Assembly (NCBI RefSeq): GCF_006345805.1
Contig: NC_043007.1
Location: 38,378,001-38,442,000 of the forward strand
Length of the DNA: 64,000 bases
Source: Octopus sinensis
Lineage: Eukaryota
Direction of reading: 5' to 3'
The position numbers and the translations under genes were made by a program. The notes under the pieces are model-generated. The model saw only the letters and a list, made by a program, of their open reading frames with translations. It was not told the origin of the DNA and did not search any database. Positions 23,459 through 36,610 of this stretch are shown here, in pieces (position 1 is the first letter of the stretch; each line of letters starts with the position of its first letter).

Positions 23459-25459
23459 CGTGTGTTTTATAACATATAACGAGAAGGAATCCCATCTAAA
23501 TTCAGGTTACTTTATAGAAATATTAACTCTTGGTTTGTAATTTTTATATTTATCATTCTTATATAGACTCTGATCCCTATGTACTTCCATAATAATCATA
23601 TATGAAAGATATAGTATCTAAACTCTTCGATAGCTTCTTTTATACCCTTCCAAATTCTTGAACTACTTCACTCAGTCTTTTAATTGTCACTCCAATGAAA
23701 CGATAAATAGTTGCTAAAACGAGTCTTCGGTTTCGAGTCATCACTACTACCCGGTTTCAAACATTTCGTTTTGAGAGAAGAAATGAACATCCCAATCACA
23801 ATACCTTTTCTCTCTAAATCTGGAGGCTTTCACTTAAGGGATCGAGGTTTCTAACCAACAGTTGTACCCAAATCAGGTTGAAGTTTAATGGAGAGTCAAA
23901 ATTAGGAAAATGTTTAGGCATTGTTGCACACTTGCATAGCTAATGGTAGGGGGTGAAGTCTGCCCCGTACACGTTTTTATGGTTACGACACTTTTGGGTC
24001 TGTTATATATTCTTGGGTAAGCAGAAGACTCGTTCTAATGCTAAGTCACTGCCGTTGCGTCTTCCACGCCCCTAGTTTTGTTTGACAATCATTGACAAAA
24101 GCACGTGCGAGGAAATAGAGCTAAACAAAATAGCTCTTAAGACAAGCTGTTAATAGCTCGTGACCGGTGTAAGCCAAACAAGTGATATGGTTTCATAAAT
24201 ATGCAATATAAACTGTCAAATTTAATTTTCGTAATTTCCAAGGTCGATATAATCGATTGACCACTGTCCAAGGACTAAAACTAGCAAAGGAGTGCGCACA
24301 CACACAATCGTTTTAACGTCTATTTTTCCATACTTGCATGGGCCAGACGAAACTGACCAGCTTTTCTAGTCTGATGCCGTTTCCGTCACCGACCTTCATC
24401 TATTTCCAAGTGCAGTACTATTTCACCTGGATGGACATGTTCCATGGAAGACTGGAAACGAAGGACACTGCCTGTGTGATAACGACACCCCGTAGAACGA
24501 TATCAGGACTAGGAAACGTAAATACACACATAATGAGAAATTTAATAAAATAACTTTGTCATTAGGGAAATTGTGTGTGTGTGTGTTTTTCAAGTTACAC
24601 AGACACCCCTTTGATACTCTTACCATAAAAAATATAATGAATAAATGGCTGGTCTGTTGGAAACCTATAATATGGATACTTTTCTTCATAAAATGCATGA
24701 TACAAAATAATTTTTAGCATAGTCGACCTCGACTGGTACTTTATTTTATGAACCCCAGAGGGATAAAAAGTAAACTGCAGGATTTGAACCCAGAACATAA
24801 AAGGCTTGAACAAATATGTCAAGGCATTTTTATCCAACTCCTTGAACAGTCTGTTAATTCACTGCCCTTGCAAAATAACTTTTAAAATGTCATAAATGGC
24901 TTCAACAAGCAATTGAAAGTGTGCCTCAGTTTCAGCTTAAGATATTCTCTTGTTCCAAGGCTCCAGCTATTGAAATGAGGAAATACATTAATTTATTATG
25001 AAACTAGAATCCACATTCTTATTTTAATGTTATCCTTATCACATCATTGAAACAGGGATGGAAGGATGGTCTTCGGCAACTGTAGAAATTAAGAAAATTG
25101 CAAACAGAGACATGTATTAGATGAGATTGCTGAATATGGAGGGTGGGGTAACACATCCCAGCTGAGCTGCAGCAATTTTTGTCTGGTTCGCAAAGAAACG
25201 TGCAGTCTTGCATTATGTTGGAAAACAACACCCTTCCTGTTGGCCAATTCTGGACATTTCTCTTGAATTGCTGCTTTTAACTCATCCAGTATTTCTCAGA
25301 ATTAATTGTCTGGTTACTTGGGAGAAGCTCATAGTACAGAATTCCTTTCCAATCCTACCAGACACAAAGCAAGACTTTTTTAGGGTGAAGACCTGCTTTT
25401 GGGGTGGCTAAGGGTGGCTCATGTCACTTACTCCAGGATTGCTTTCTCTGAACATTTCG

Positions 25460-26118
25460 GTAGATAATCCATTTCTCATCCCCTGTCATAATTTGCTTTA
25501 AAAAAGGCGCATTTTCATTCCGTTTATAAAGCGAATCACAGATGGAAATGTGATCCAAAAGTTCTTCTCACTCAACTCATGTGGTACCCAAACATCGTAG
25601 CAATTTGTGTACCCAAGCTTTACCAGGTGCTCATGAACAACTGATTTTGATAGGTTGAGACTTTCTGCCAATTCTTGGGCTGTGAATGTGGGTTATTCTC
25701 AATTAATGACTTGATTTGGTCATCATCTGTAGTATATGGTCTATCTGATCGCTCTTTATCAATAAGGCTACAATCTCCAGCTTTGAACCTTGTGAACCAC
25801 TTCCATACAGTTCTTTCGGATAAAGAAACATCACCGTAAACTGCGCATATTTCTTTGGTTGCTTGTGAGGCATTTTTCCCTTTACGGAAAAAGAAAAGCA
25901 TCAAGTGCCGAAAATGAACTTTCTTATCTTCCATTTTAAAAGGTTACAGAATTAACACAGGTTATAGGAACATAATCCTTTTTCCACGAAAAGATAGCTT
26001 AAACTGTGCTCTAAATAGAGGTGTAGTCAAATCCTATTTTATGGACTCAACCATGTTCTAAAATAAGTCAAAAGGTAAGCTACTATAAATCGGATTGAAC
26101 TTTCCAGACAACCCAATA
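25460..26118 (-). mobile_element. Truncated mariner element (transposase N-terminal HTH) in ARL2 intron 1
   Basis: ORF 25620-25934 MEDKKVHFRHLMLFFFRKGKNASQATKEICAVYG...W..RFKAGD; TIR TATTGGGTTGTCTGGAAAGTT at the right end. Confidence 0.85.
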
Positions 26119-26537
26119 TATGAGAAGTCAAAAATTATCTGCACTTTCACTATAACATATCTTTATTATTGTCACACCGCCTTCTGCACATGCTTGCTTA
26201 TAGATGGTACTATTGTGGTCACGTGATCAAAGTTTGAGCTTGATTGTGTCATTTTTATTTCTGGCTTTACAGTGTAAGCATGCCCACTCCACTAGCAATG
26301 TGCACCAAAGAAGAAAAATGAGCAGTGATCCAAGAGATGGTAATGGTGAAACAGTGCACCATTACTTTTAAACTTCTTGATTTACTTATACGCACTTCCA
26401 TTTGGTAATGCACTACTCCATGTTAAATAATAAAACTTCAGTTTAACAAAGTGTCTTCAATATTTTGTCCAACCACTGTATACATATATATTTGTTTTTG
26501 TATAAATAGTTTATTTCTTCCTTAATTTTCCAAATAG

Positions 26538-26648
26538 TGGTTTAGATAATGCTGGTAAGACAACAGTGCTAAAAAAATTCAACGGTGAAGATGTTGATAC
26601 CATATCTCCAACTTTAGGCTTTAACATTAAAACTTTAGAACATCTTGG
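26538..26648 (+). CDS. ARL2: ARL2 exon 2 (P-loop)
   Basis: AG acceptor at 26536-26537; encodes [37 protein letters not shown]; donor GTGAGT; 111 nt. Confidence 0.96.
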
Positions 26649-28548
26649 GTGAGTTTGTTTTCTTTTTGTTTTCCTTTTATTCTATGCAGTATTTTATATA
26701 TATATTTTTCAAATATTTCTATTTTTTTCAGTCTATAGTTGGTTCATTGGATTAAAGAGATTAATAACCTAAGAACTGTGTCTGACACTAAATAGTTAAA
26801 AATAAATATATTTTTTTGTAGTCTAGGCTAGTCCATTTGGAGTAAAGTGTCTTGTATTTCCTCTAAGGTAAGGTACTAATCTGACTGAAATTCTCTTTAT
26901 AACTGATATTAATGATGAAAACAATGATGATGATTAGATTTGAAGTGCTACATGTTCTTGGGCTAGTTAACCCAAGGTACATAGATGCAAGGATGATCTA
27001 AGCAAGTGCTTTCCAAATCTTTAAGGAGGAAAGCATACTGTTGCTTTACTAATTATAAGACAACCCACAACAATTCATCATTGTTTTTGTTTTGTATCTG
27101 CTTTCCATATTGGCATGAGTTAGACAGGTCATTGCTGCACTCCTAGACGAGTCAAGAAACCACATCTTTCTTGGGTGTTCCATTTTGGGCTTGGATTCTA
27201 CAGTTGTATGTTTTTCCTAACATTGACCACTTTGCAAAGTATATTAGGTGCATTTTTTATGACACCGGAACTGTTGAGTGTTATGTCATCAACAACACTA
27301 AAGGGCCCTTCCAACTGCACACTTAACAGAGTGTACTGGATGTACTTTGTTTTGACACTAGCACTAGAGAGAATAGGAGTGAGAAAATGATGGATAGTAA
27401 GAGAGATAGATACCTTGGAGAGTAAATGATGACTGTTGATACCAAATAGCCAAGAAAGCGTATAGGTAGTATGTATGGAGTACATATAGATCTGATGAGG
27501 TCTCTTAAATATATAGTTCAAGATGGTAACTATAAATGTTCTTTATAAAATTAAATTTTGTTTAATAGAATGTGTTCAAGTTTGCATCTAACAGTAAGCA
27601 TAAACAATCAAAATTTGTGATTTAGTTGCGTTCTCTTCATTTTTTTATAATACAATTAGAATTTTGAGTAGAGATTGAAATATTAAAGTTTTTTGGTGTT
27701 TTATCTTATTAATAAAACTAATTTCTTTTTAATAAATTTGAAATTGGAAAGGAAAAACAGAAGATATTAGGATATTATATTTTCAGTTAAAAGCTTGGCA
27801 ATTACAGTATGGAAAATACATGTTAACTGTTCAAAAACATAAAAAAACAATTAACTTCACTTAATTATTTGTAATTTGGTATCAAGATTTTTGTTGCTCT
27901 GACTGCAACCTAGTTATTAACACAGTTCACTTGTTGGCCAAAATTTGTAGGCTTCAGGTTTTAAATATATTTTTTCTATATAGATCAGTCATCCTAGTTG
28001 TTGTAACCTGATGCTCAAACTAAGTCAGTTACCTTGGCTTTTGGTTGAAATTTATGTACACCAGCTGATGGCAACCAGAATGACCAACATATATAGATGA
28101 GAAAAAAAAATTATATTTAAAATCCTGAAACCTGAATTCTGCTGGTCAACATCCTCATCTCAGACCAGTTGCAATAGAACTGTGTCAGTGACCAGGTTGC
28201 ATTTGATGAAAATTTTGGCACCAAATAATAAATGATTAGTAAACTTAACAGTTTTTGTGTGTTTTTGAATGGCCAACATGTATCTGTCATCTAATTGTTT
28301 TAGTTTTGAAACATGATCTCAGATCAAATCACTTGCAAGACAGGTACGTCTTTGAAATTTAATTAAAATTTCTAAAAAGACTGAAATTTCAGTTTCATTT
28401 GTATCATTCTAATTTAGTTTTATGAAAATATGCCAATAAACATGTCAAATTTTACTGGTTTGAAATTTCAAATCAAAGAAACTTTAAAATATCTGAAATA
28501 ATTAAAAAATATATTTCCATTTGTGATTTTTATTTTCACTCATTTCAG

Positions 28549-28711
28549 TTATAAATTAAACATATGGGATGTTGGTGGCCAAAAGTCTCTCCGTTCCTAC
28601 TGGAAAAACTACTTTGAATCTACTGATGGTCTTATCTGGGTTGTTGATAGTGCTGACCGAATGAGGCTGCAGGATTGTAAGCAAGAACTGGATGCTTTAT
28701 TAGTGGAAGAA
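28549..28711 (+). CDS. ARL2: ARL2 exon 3 (switch II, WDVGGQ)
   Basis: tttcag acceptor; [54 protein letters not shown]; donor GTCAGT; 163 nt. Confidence 0.97.
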
Positions 28712-30040
28712 GTCAGTTGCAATGATTTATTCAAATTATTTATTGGTTTTATTTGTTATTTTTGTTATCACATTCTTTCTTACAATATTGTTTTTGTCCA
28801 TACCAAGATTTGAACACAGTATTTGCAAGGCAATGGAATATGCATCCAATTATCTTGAACCAACTTTAGTTTGGTAGGTTAAATTTTTACAAAAGGACAA
28901 CAAATGCTGATGAAGATCTAAATAAAGCAGAAACTTAAACATCCTTCATGTTGTTTTAACTTTGACTGAGCAGACCTAGAAGTTGGGTTGTTGCACTTAC
29001 ACTTGTGAGATTGTGGGTTTTAATTCCTGGACTGTGCAGTATGTTGTGCTCTTGAGCAAAATACTTTATTTCATGTTTTTCTGCAACCACTTTAACACAA
29101 CTGATGTGTGGCACACTTTGCACTTATCCCGGCAATGTTGACTTGATAGAGTGGGTGAGCTTATGTGCTACACAAACATTTGTTCAACAAGAACTTTCAG
29201 AATCATCTTTTTTGGCAAACTCAAGAGACTACAAAGAAGATGAAGAAAAGCAGACCTTATGGACCCTTTGATTTCTATTTTACTCAGGGAGTTGGGGAAC
29301 TTTCATAGCCATTCAATCCCTAAAAACTCCTATTATATTTTTATGATTAAATATTAGGAATTGTATAAGAAATTGTTTAAATATTTTGTGCATTGTAGAA
29401 ATATAACCAGTTTATTGCACGTAAATTTTTAACAAAGTCATATATGGACCCCAGTTGAGAACTACTCTTCTATATAAACCATACCTGGTAAAAAAAAATG
29501 GAATGGTCATAGCTAGTCATACTTTTGATCATAGGCAAAAAATGGTTGAGAACCACTGATACAGAACTACATATATTCAGTATCTTATTTCGTTTTTGAA
29601 AGAGATTGGGTTCCTGGTTCTAACAAGTCAAGAGACAAGGTTGGGAACAATGGTTTCTAACCTGGGGTCTGTAAACCCCTGGGGGAACCACAAAGTACTG
29701 AGGCTCTATGAGCTAAGTTCAAGATTTATTGAGCAGACAAACCTTTCAAAAAGCCCACAGGGAAAATTAATTTAGATATAAGGGGTCCTTGGTAATGAAA
29801 AGATTGGGAACCACTGATATAGAGGCTCTCATCCTGATTTGTAGACATCTTGAAGGTAGCATGTTTTTTCTCTTCAAATCATTTCTTAAACTGTTTAATC
29901 TCTAAAATTCATTTCGACCTTTTATATCTTTTCCTGAGATCCCATAATTCCAAGCATAGAGGGTTAAAATTTGTAGAACATTTAAAAAAAAAATTAGTTG
30001 ATGCATTTAATTCTAATAGTTTACTTCTTTCTACTTACAG

Positions 30041-30121
30041 CGATTAGCAGATGCAACACTACTAGTTTTTGCAAACAAACAAGACTTACCTGGTGCTCTT
30101 AAAGCCGAAGAAATCAGAGAG
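30041..30121 (+). CDS. ARL2: ARL2 exon 4 (NKQD motif)
   Basis: ttacag acceptor; [27 protein letters not shown]; donor GTAACT; 81 nt. Confidence 0.96.
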
Positions 30122-33100
30122 GTAACTTTTGTTTGTTTCGTTTTCATTTTTTTCTTTTTCACTTTCAGTTGTTCCATCTTATCATAAATGTGATGGGCTT
30201 TTTTCTTTACAAAATATGATCTTTTGCATATTATTGGATCAGTAGGTAGTTTTACATGTGGATGCCATCCTCACCACCTTTTACTATCTTTTTCAGCATA
30301 CAAGTTGAGTACAGTGTAAACATGTGAAAACATTCAAACAGTGTCACTATTTTTCCAAATTATGCTGCATTTCACATGGAATTTTTGATCCTCCAAAGTC
30401 GACTTGGCATATAAGTTGAACAATCTTTTTTTGGCTGTAAATTTTGGTCTAAAAAGTTCAACTTGTATGCTGGAAAATATGGTAATGATTTATCTACAAA
30501 GCATAAATGGAACTTGTCATCAGTTAAGCAAAACAATGTGCTGCTTAACTGATGACAATGGCTAATGTTAAGATTTGACCATATCATCAATGGTCAAGCT
30601 TTGTAACCTTATAACCATTGTGTCTGTGTACAGATAATGTTTAATCAACCATCTGAGGTACCAATGACAGTGACCAACCTTTTCCAGTTTCTCCTTTAGA
30701 CTGATAATCAAGTAGATGACATCAAGTCCCAGGTTGTGAAGGATGTTAGCATCAATAGATTTACCCACTTATCTATGAGGGGCAGGGGACACACAATTTG
30801 ATGTAAAATTTGATTGTCTGTTCCTTCCAATCCAATGAGATTTAAAACCTGTAAGGTTTATTATATTGTTATTGGCTAGCACTATGGCATATCAGTAAGG
30901 CCTACATCAAGCTGGACCTTTTCAATAAAATGAAAAATTGGTGTTGTTGTTTAGCCCCAGGTCAATCCTGATTGAGAAGACTTTCAGGTATCATACTTAT
31001 GTAGAATGGACACACTATTGACTAGTGAAGGCTTTTGGTCTTGTTGGGTGGAAGGCAACCTTACTAGGGGTGATACTATGATAAAATGTACTCAGTACTC
31101 TCTGTAAAGGGGTTGAAAATGAGCAGACAGCATAGGATTAAGCAGACTCTTTAATCTTGTCCAGGACATGACAACCTCTCTAGTACTGGTGCCGCAATAA
31201 AATGTGCCCAGTATATGTGTTAAGTAGCTGATCTTAAGAAGGGCACCCAGCCATAGAAACCAACCTGTCTAGAAGGACAGTAACTCTTTATATGAACACT
31301 CAGGCTGTATTGATCTGTCCACAAGACACCAGTATCATAAACAGCCATAAATTGATGGTAGGATGTAATTTTTTTAAGATGATAGATGATATGAGAGAGA
31401 TCTGCCTGCCATTTCAAGTATGTTAAGTAACCATGTAAAAGCTGCTTTGTTAGTAATTGCAGTGAAGAGAGAAAATAGCTAATATTTTTGTTAGAACATC
31501 TCATTAAATAATGTAAAAGATATGTCATTTGAATATAGAGTGGAGATTGTTAGGGGTGTGTGCGTTTAGCTTTGGTTTCATAAGATAGGATATCTGTATA
31601 TGAAAAGTAATATTCTCAAATAATGACATACCTTTTCCTACAGTAAGGGAACTGAAACAATATGAAATAAAGTGTTCTGTCCCAAAACATGACAAAATGT
31701 CTGTAGGGGATATAACTGCATGTTTCATGAGTTGGTGACCTTCCTCTCCTCATAAAGCAGTGTTAAACAATCTTTGATAGTCATAGAAAATGATTTTTCA
31801 TTTTGTGAAAGACAAAGGATATCTTCTCACATTCATATGATTGTCATAGCAGACCTATTGTCCGGCTTAACACCACCACCTAGTGCTTGGGCACCTTTCA
31901 GAGAGTCCACACTGATGTAACCATTTTGACCAGCTCTCTTGTTTGAGAATGCCAATGCTACCTTCTCTCCTTCCCATCAGTTTCAGAAACCCTAAAATGG
32001 GACATGTGCACTGACCCTTCCATATAACTAAGTATAAAATATATTATATTCATACTTATGGCAGACATCTTCTTGTATTCTTCTGATAGTTATAGCAGAT
32101 GTTAGGATTTTTCGTAATAATTATAAAAAGTATTTTCTTGTGTTCTTGTGCTGATCATAAAGAATATCTTTGTGATAGTTGTATCAAACACCATCTAGTA
32201 TTTTAAGATCATAGAAGATATCTTCTAGTATTGCTTCATTCTCCAATGAAAGTCTGTTTCAAATGTTAGGTATTTTCCTCTCTTCGTAACATCTCCGTTT
32301 TTTCCCTGATGTTTACTGAATCATCTTTTAGAACCTCACACAAGTGCTAGTCACAAATTCTAATAATTATATGTAATTCCTTTCATACCTGACAATAAAC
32401 AAATGTTTGATTGATTTTGCATTAGTGACACTTGTAAATCTGATCACATCAATATGGTACTATGTACGATGTTTGTTAAGTGTCAGCAACTCATCTCATG
32501 GTGGCCCTGGGAAGGTCAAAGGTCACTTAATTCCCCTTCCCCTAAATAATCTAGCTGGTAATAGTTATCATGGCAAGATGTTCAACACTTTAAGCAGTGT
32601 TCTTATTAAATCTTCTGGGAATGCCATCCTCATTTTCAATTACTTAGTCAGAGCAGAGGAAGACTGGTAACCACAACCATGCTTGCAACAAGACTCTGGG
32701 CTCTTCTAGAGGCTGCTGAGATCCAATGTACATGAACAAAATTTTGTGAAGCCACAACAGTTTTTAACACAATTTTTGACTTGGTTTTTCTGTATTTTGC
32801 TGATTTGATGTTTTTAGTATTGTAATGTTTTGCCAAGGAGTACCAAATAATATCAAAGTTTTTTTTTTGTTTTAATTTCCTAATCTGTTATTGTAATGAT
32901 CCCTGGACACCAAGCACCATTAAGGGTTTTTAGTTACTTACTTCATTGTGGCTAGTATTGTAATATTTCAATAAGGAACACAAACTAACAGAGTTTTGAT
33001 TCTTAAGTCTGTAAGATGATAATTTAATATCTTAACCATTCAGTTATTATAACTCATTTTTGTCTTCTCTCTCTTGTTTCTTCACTCATTCTCTCTACCG

Positions 33101-33244
33101 TTTTCCTTTCATTCTCTTTTAATCTCTAGCCTAACTTTTTCTCTCTCTTTCTTTCATACAGACACACTATCATTTACCCCCTATCCTGACCATTCACATT
33201 CATAACCCTTCAATTGTAACAACTCCCTCTTATTTTCTTTATAG

Positions 33245-33379
33245 ATTTTAAAACTGGACAACATAAAATCTCACCATTGGTTAATACTTGACTGTAGTGC
33301 CCTGACTGGAGAGAATTTACTGCAAGGAATGGATTGGTTAATTGGGGACATTGCAAGTCGAATATTTACCATGGACTGA
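33245..33379 (+). CDS. ARL2: ARL2 exon 5 (terminal coding exon)
   Basis: tttatag acceptor; [44 protein letters not shown] then TGA. The exons sum to 555 nt = 184 aa plus stop, the length of human ARL2. Confidence 0.96.
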   Translation: MLKLDNIKSHHWLILDCSALTGENLLQGMDWLIGDIASRIFTMD

Positions 33380-34329
33380 ACACTTACAGCTCATTTTTTT
33401 TTCATTCATCGGAAAGTAAATTAAATGTTTCCTAAAATGTTGTAAATGTTGACTTTTTATTCATACTACTAATGTTCACGTAGCATTAAAATTGTACATC
33501 CACACACAATCTTCTTTTTTATTTCACAATGCTGTACTGTATTAAATATTCACCCATCTTTGAATAGTTCTTGTAGCATAGTTTTTTCTAGGAGATGATG
33601 TTGATATTAGAAAAACTAAGGCAACTGGAATTGCTGTGCATTCAACACATGGTTTAATCCTCTCAATGCCAGTCCACAAAGATGCCAGCATGGCTGAGTG
33701 TTTAGAAGTTTGCTTTCCAGGTTCAGATCCACAGTGTGGTATCTTGGGCAAGTTCTTTGGTAGACAGAAACTGAAAGACTCTAGTTGTTTGCATATGTGT
33801 GTTTGTGTCTCCTTGTCTTGATATAATGTTGTAAATGAATCTCATTCCCAATATTCTGCAAAAATATTGGCCAAGGGGAACTATTACCTTGCCTAGAACA
33901 GGTGAGAATTGACCACAGGATGAGCTCTGCCTCTATAAAGTCATCAACCCATGCAAGCATAGAAAGGTGAATGTTAAAATGGTGATGATGGGACATTTTC
34001 ATCCATGATTCCAAACTGCCTTGTGTTAAAGTTAACTGCAATCTTGGTTATTATACATATACTACTGAGATTTGGGACAGGTAAATGTTCTATCAAGTTA
34101 TATTCCAAACACCAGGTCTATATTTTTGATTTATTTTGAAAATTAAATGAAACAGTATATGCTTGTTAGAATATGTTAGGAAAAAGTTTGATAAAAATAA
34201 TATCAATATTGAAACACTTCTCTAATTAGCGATGTCATTGTCATCATATTTATATCCATTTTATCATACTTGCATAGGTCTTCTGCAGCACATGCTTGCC
34301 TTTATATTTTTCCTTCATGTAGTTTGACA

Positions 34330-35736
34330 TCAATGGTGTTACTCCAGAACAGTGAAAAACTGCCAGTGTCATCCCTCTGTTCAAAAAAGGCGACCGCACA
34401 TCGCCTGTCAACTATCGCCCCGTCAGTCTTACTAGCTGCATCGCCAAACTGATGGAATCCTGTATCAGAGAAACCCTCTGGAACTTCTGGAAGCCTCATC
34501 CAGCCGTCACAATTCGGATTTATTGCCACACAAAAGACTTATGGTGAAGCTTTCTGCGTTGGGTGTAAGAGACAAACTCTATAACTGGTTAAAGTCCTTT
34601 ATTTTCAGCCGAAAAGAGGTTGTCACAGTTCTAGGACAGCACTCTTCGCCCTATGAGATGACATCTGGTGTACCACAGGGATCTGTTCTTGGCCCCCTTT
34701 TATTTGTTGTATATGTTAATGACATAGATGCCAACTTAAAGAATGCCACAGTGCTGAAATATGCAGATGACATCAAGCTGTACCTCGAAATAAAGAGGTC
34801 AAATCCTGTACACTATAGATCTCTATTGCAAGCAGACCTGGACACAATGCAGCAGTGGATCATGGACTCGCAACTCAAGCTGGCTGTGGACAAATGTACC
34901 ACCATGCATTTTGGGAAGAGAAACCCAGCGTCCACCTACTCCCTCCACAACACTAGTCTCAAAAAGTCTTCATGTGAACGTGACCTGGATGTTATTGTCG
35001 ACAGTGATTTGCGTTGGACAAAACACATCGCTAAAATTGTCAAGAAGGCTGAGGGTGTCTTGGCATCACTCACCAAATCCTTTGTGAGCCGCTCTCCGGC
35101 TATCTATCTGCGGCTTTATATGGCTATGGTAAGACCTCACCTGGAATTTGCATCACCGGTCTGGAACCCCTATCTTGCCCAGGACATCAATCGTCTGGAA
35201 GCTGTTCAGCGAGATGCAACCAAAAGAATACCCTCCATCAGGCATTTGCCATATCCTGAACGCCTTACTTCCCTGGGCATGGACACATTGAAACTCCGAC
35301 GTCTGGCAGCTGACTTGGCAGACACCCATAAAATTATCAACCATCGCACAAACAATAACTCTGAGCACCTCTTCAAACTCCACCCATCTAACACCCGTGG
35401 ACATATTTACAAAGTAAGAAAACAGCACAGCTCCCATGACTTCAGGAAACATTTTTTCACGCTGAGAGTTGCTGAAGCATGGAACAAACTGCCGGCATCG
35501 GTTGTTAGTTGTCAGAACACTGCATCCTTCAAAACTTCCATGCTTCTTGAGATTCGCCAACACTACACTTGATTTTCTCCCCTCCATACACACACAAGCA
35601 TGTATCTGACTCATACATTGTTCGCTTTCCAGACATTTCTACATTACTGCATGTACTTTATATGCACTTTCTGACAAGTTGTGGTGCACCTGAACACTGT
35701 ATACAATAATTTCATTATTATTATTATTATTATTAT
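34330..35736 (+). mobile_element. 5'-truncated CR1-type LINE with RT domain, internal deletion and (ATT)n tail
   Basis: VIPLFKKGDRTSPVNYRPVSLTSCIAKLME, then ORF 34523-35572 with SGVPQGSVLGPLLF and YADDIKLY; 3' end ...GTATACAATAATTTC(ATT)n. Confidence 0.92.
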
Positions 35737-36389
35737 CATGAGGTTAATACTTGCTATGTCATTCTTTTGTGCATGTTCTTTCCACTTATATTACTAAGCA
35801 CTTCTTTATCTACTTTTATAAGAAGCACAAGTCTACAATACATCTAATTCCTCTTATACTTTGTTTTTTTCTCAGTTTATTTGTGCTTGGTCATTCATGC
35901 ACACATTCAGCAGAGCATGCTCATTGCATTTCTTTCCAGCCTTCACACATCATTCATATTTAATGCCCATGTTTTTCTACCCTACAAAAGCACACTTTTT
36001 ATCCAATAACCATACAATCAGAGAATACTTTTGCTGCTAGCAAAAATAAGATCCCTGAACTTTTCCCTTTATTCTGGCTACTAAGCTTCCATAACACTCG
36101 TCTCCACTGTTAAATAAATTACCAAGGTAACATAAACTGTCAACTAATTCCAAACATTTGGAAAAAAATTGTCAGCCAACCTGTGATCGCACTGCATCTC
36201 TTATTCACTTGTAACTTGGTACATAACACAGTGTTCCTATCTACTCCTATTCTGTATATTGAGGCCACCACTCTGTTAGCAGTAGGGTCATTTATTCTTT
36301 TCAGTTGAATAAAACTTTTGCAAAATTTACTTTGAAGCATCTTGAATTTAGGTCTTGCTGTTTGGAATTCCTTTAACTCTTAGACCGAC

Positions 36390-36610
36390 TCAATTGAGAC
36401 GTCATAGAGGAATTTCCATGGTCTTAAACTCTTCTGTTATAGACTGAAGAATTACAACAGACAGGAAGAGGGTTGAGAATTGAACCCTGATGGATACTTA
36501 CCTGCAAGCTAAATTCTTCTTTAGTACCTTGATGACAGCATCTCTGTACATGGATTGCATGGCTTTCACAAGCCATACAACTACTACTAGCCTTATTTTA
36601 ATGCCCACCA
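36390..36610 (-). mobile_element. RTE-clade LINE RT remnant
   Basis: WLVKAMQSMYRDAV...LSVVILQSITEEFK resembles RTE RT domains 3-4, with deletions. Confidence 0.55.

Larger units (their letters stand above)
22330..26537 (+). other. ARL2: U12-type (minor spliceosome) GT-AG intron 1 of ARL2
   Basis: 5' site GTATCCTTT; branch-site motif TTCCTTAAT at 26518-26526, 11 nt before the end of the intron; no long polypyrimidine tract. Confidence 0.88.

Noticed and set aside
28905-28945. CTGATGA...GAAA in ARL2 intron 3
   Set aside because: Stems II and III do not pair; probably chance in AT-rich DNA.
34523-35572. Longest ORF (349 aa) as a host gene
   Set aside because: It is a CR1-type RT fragment with a LINE 3' tail, a 5' truncation and an internal deletion.
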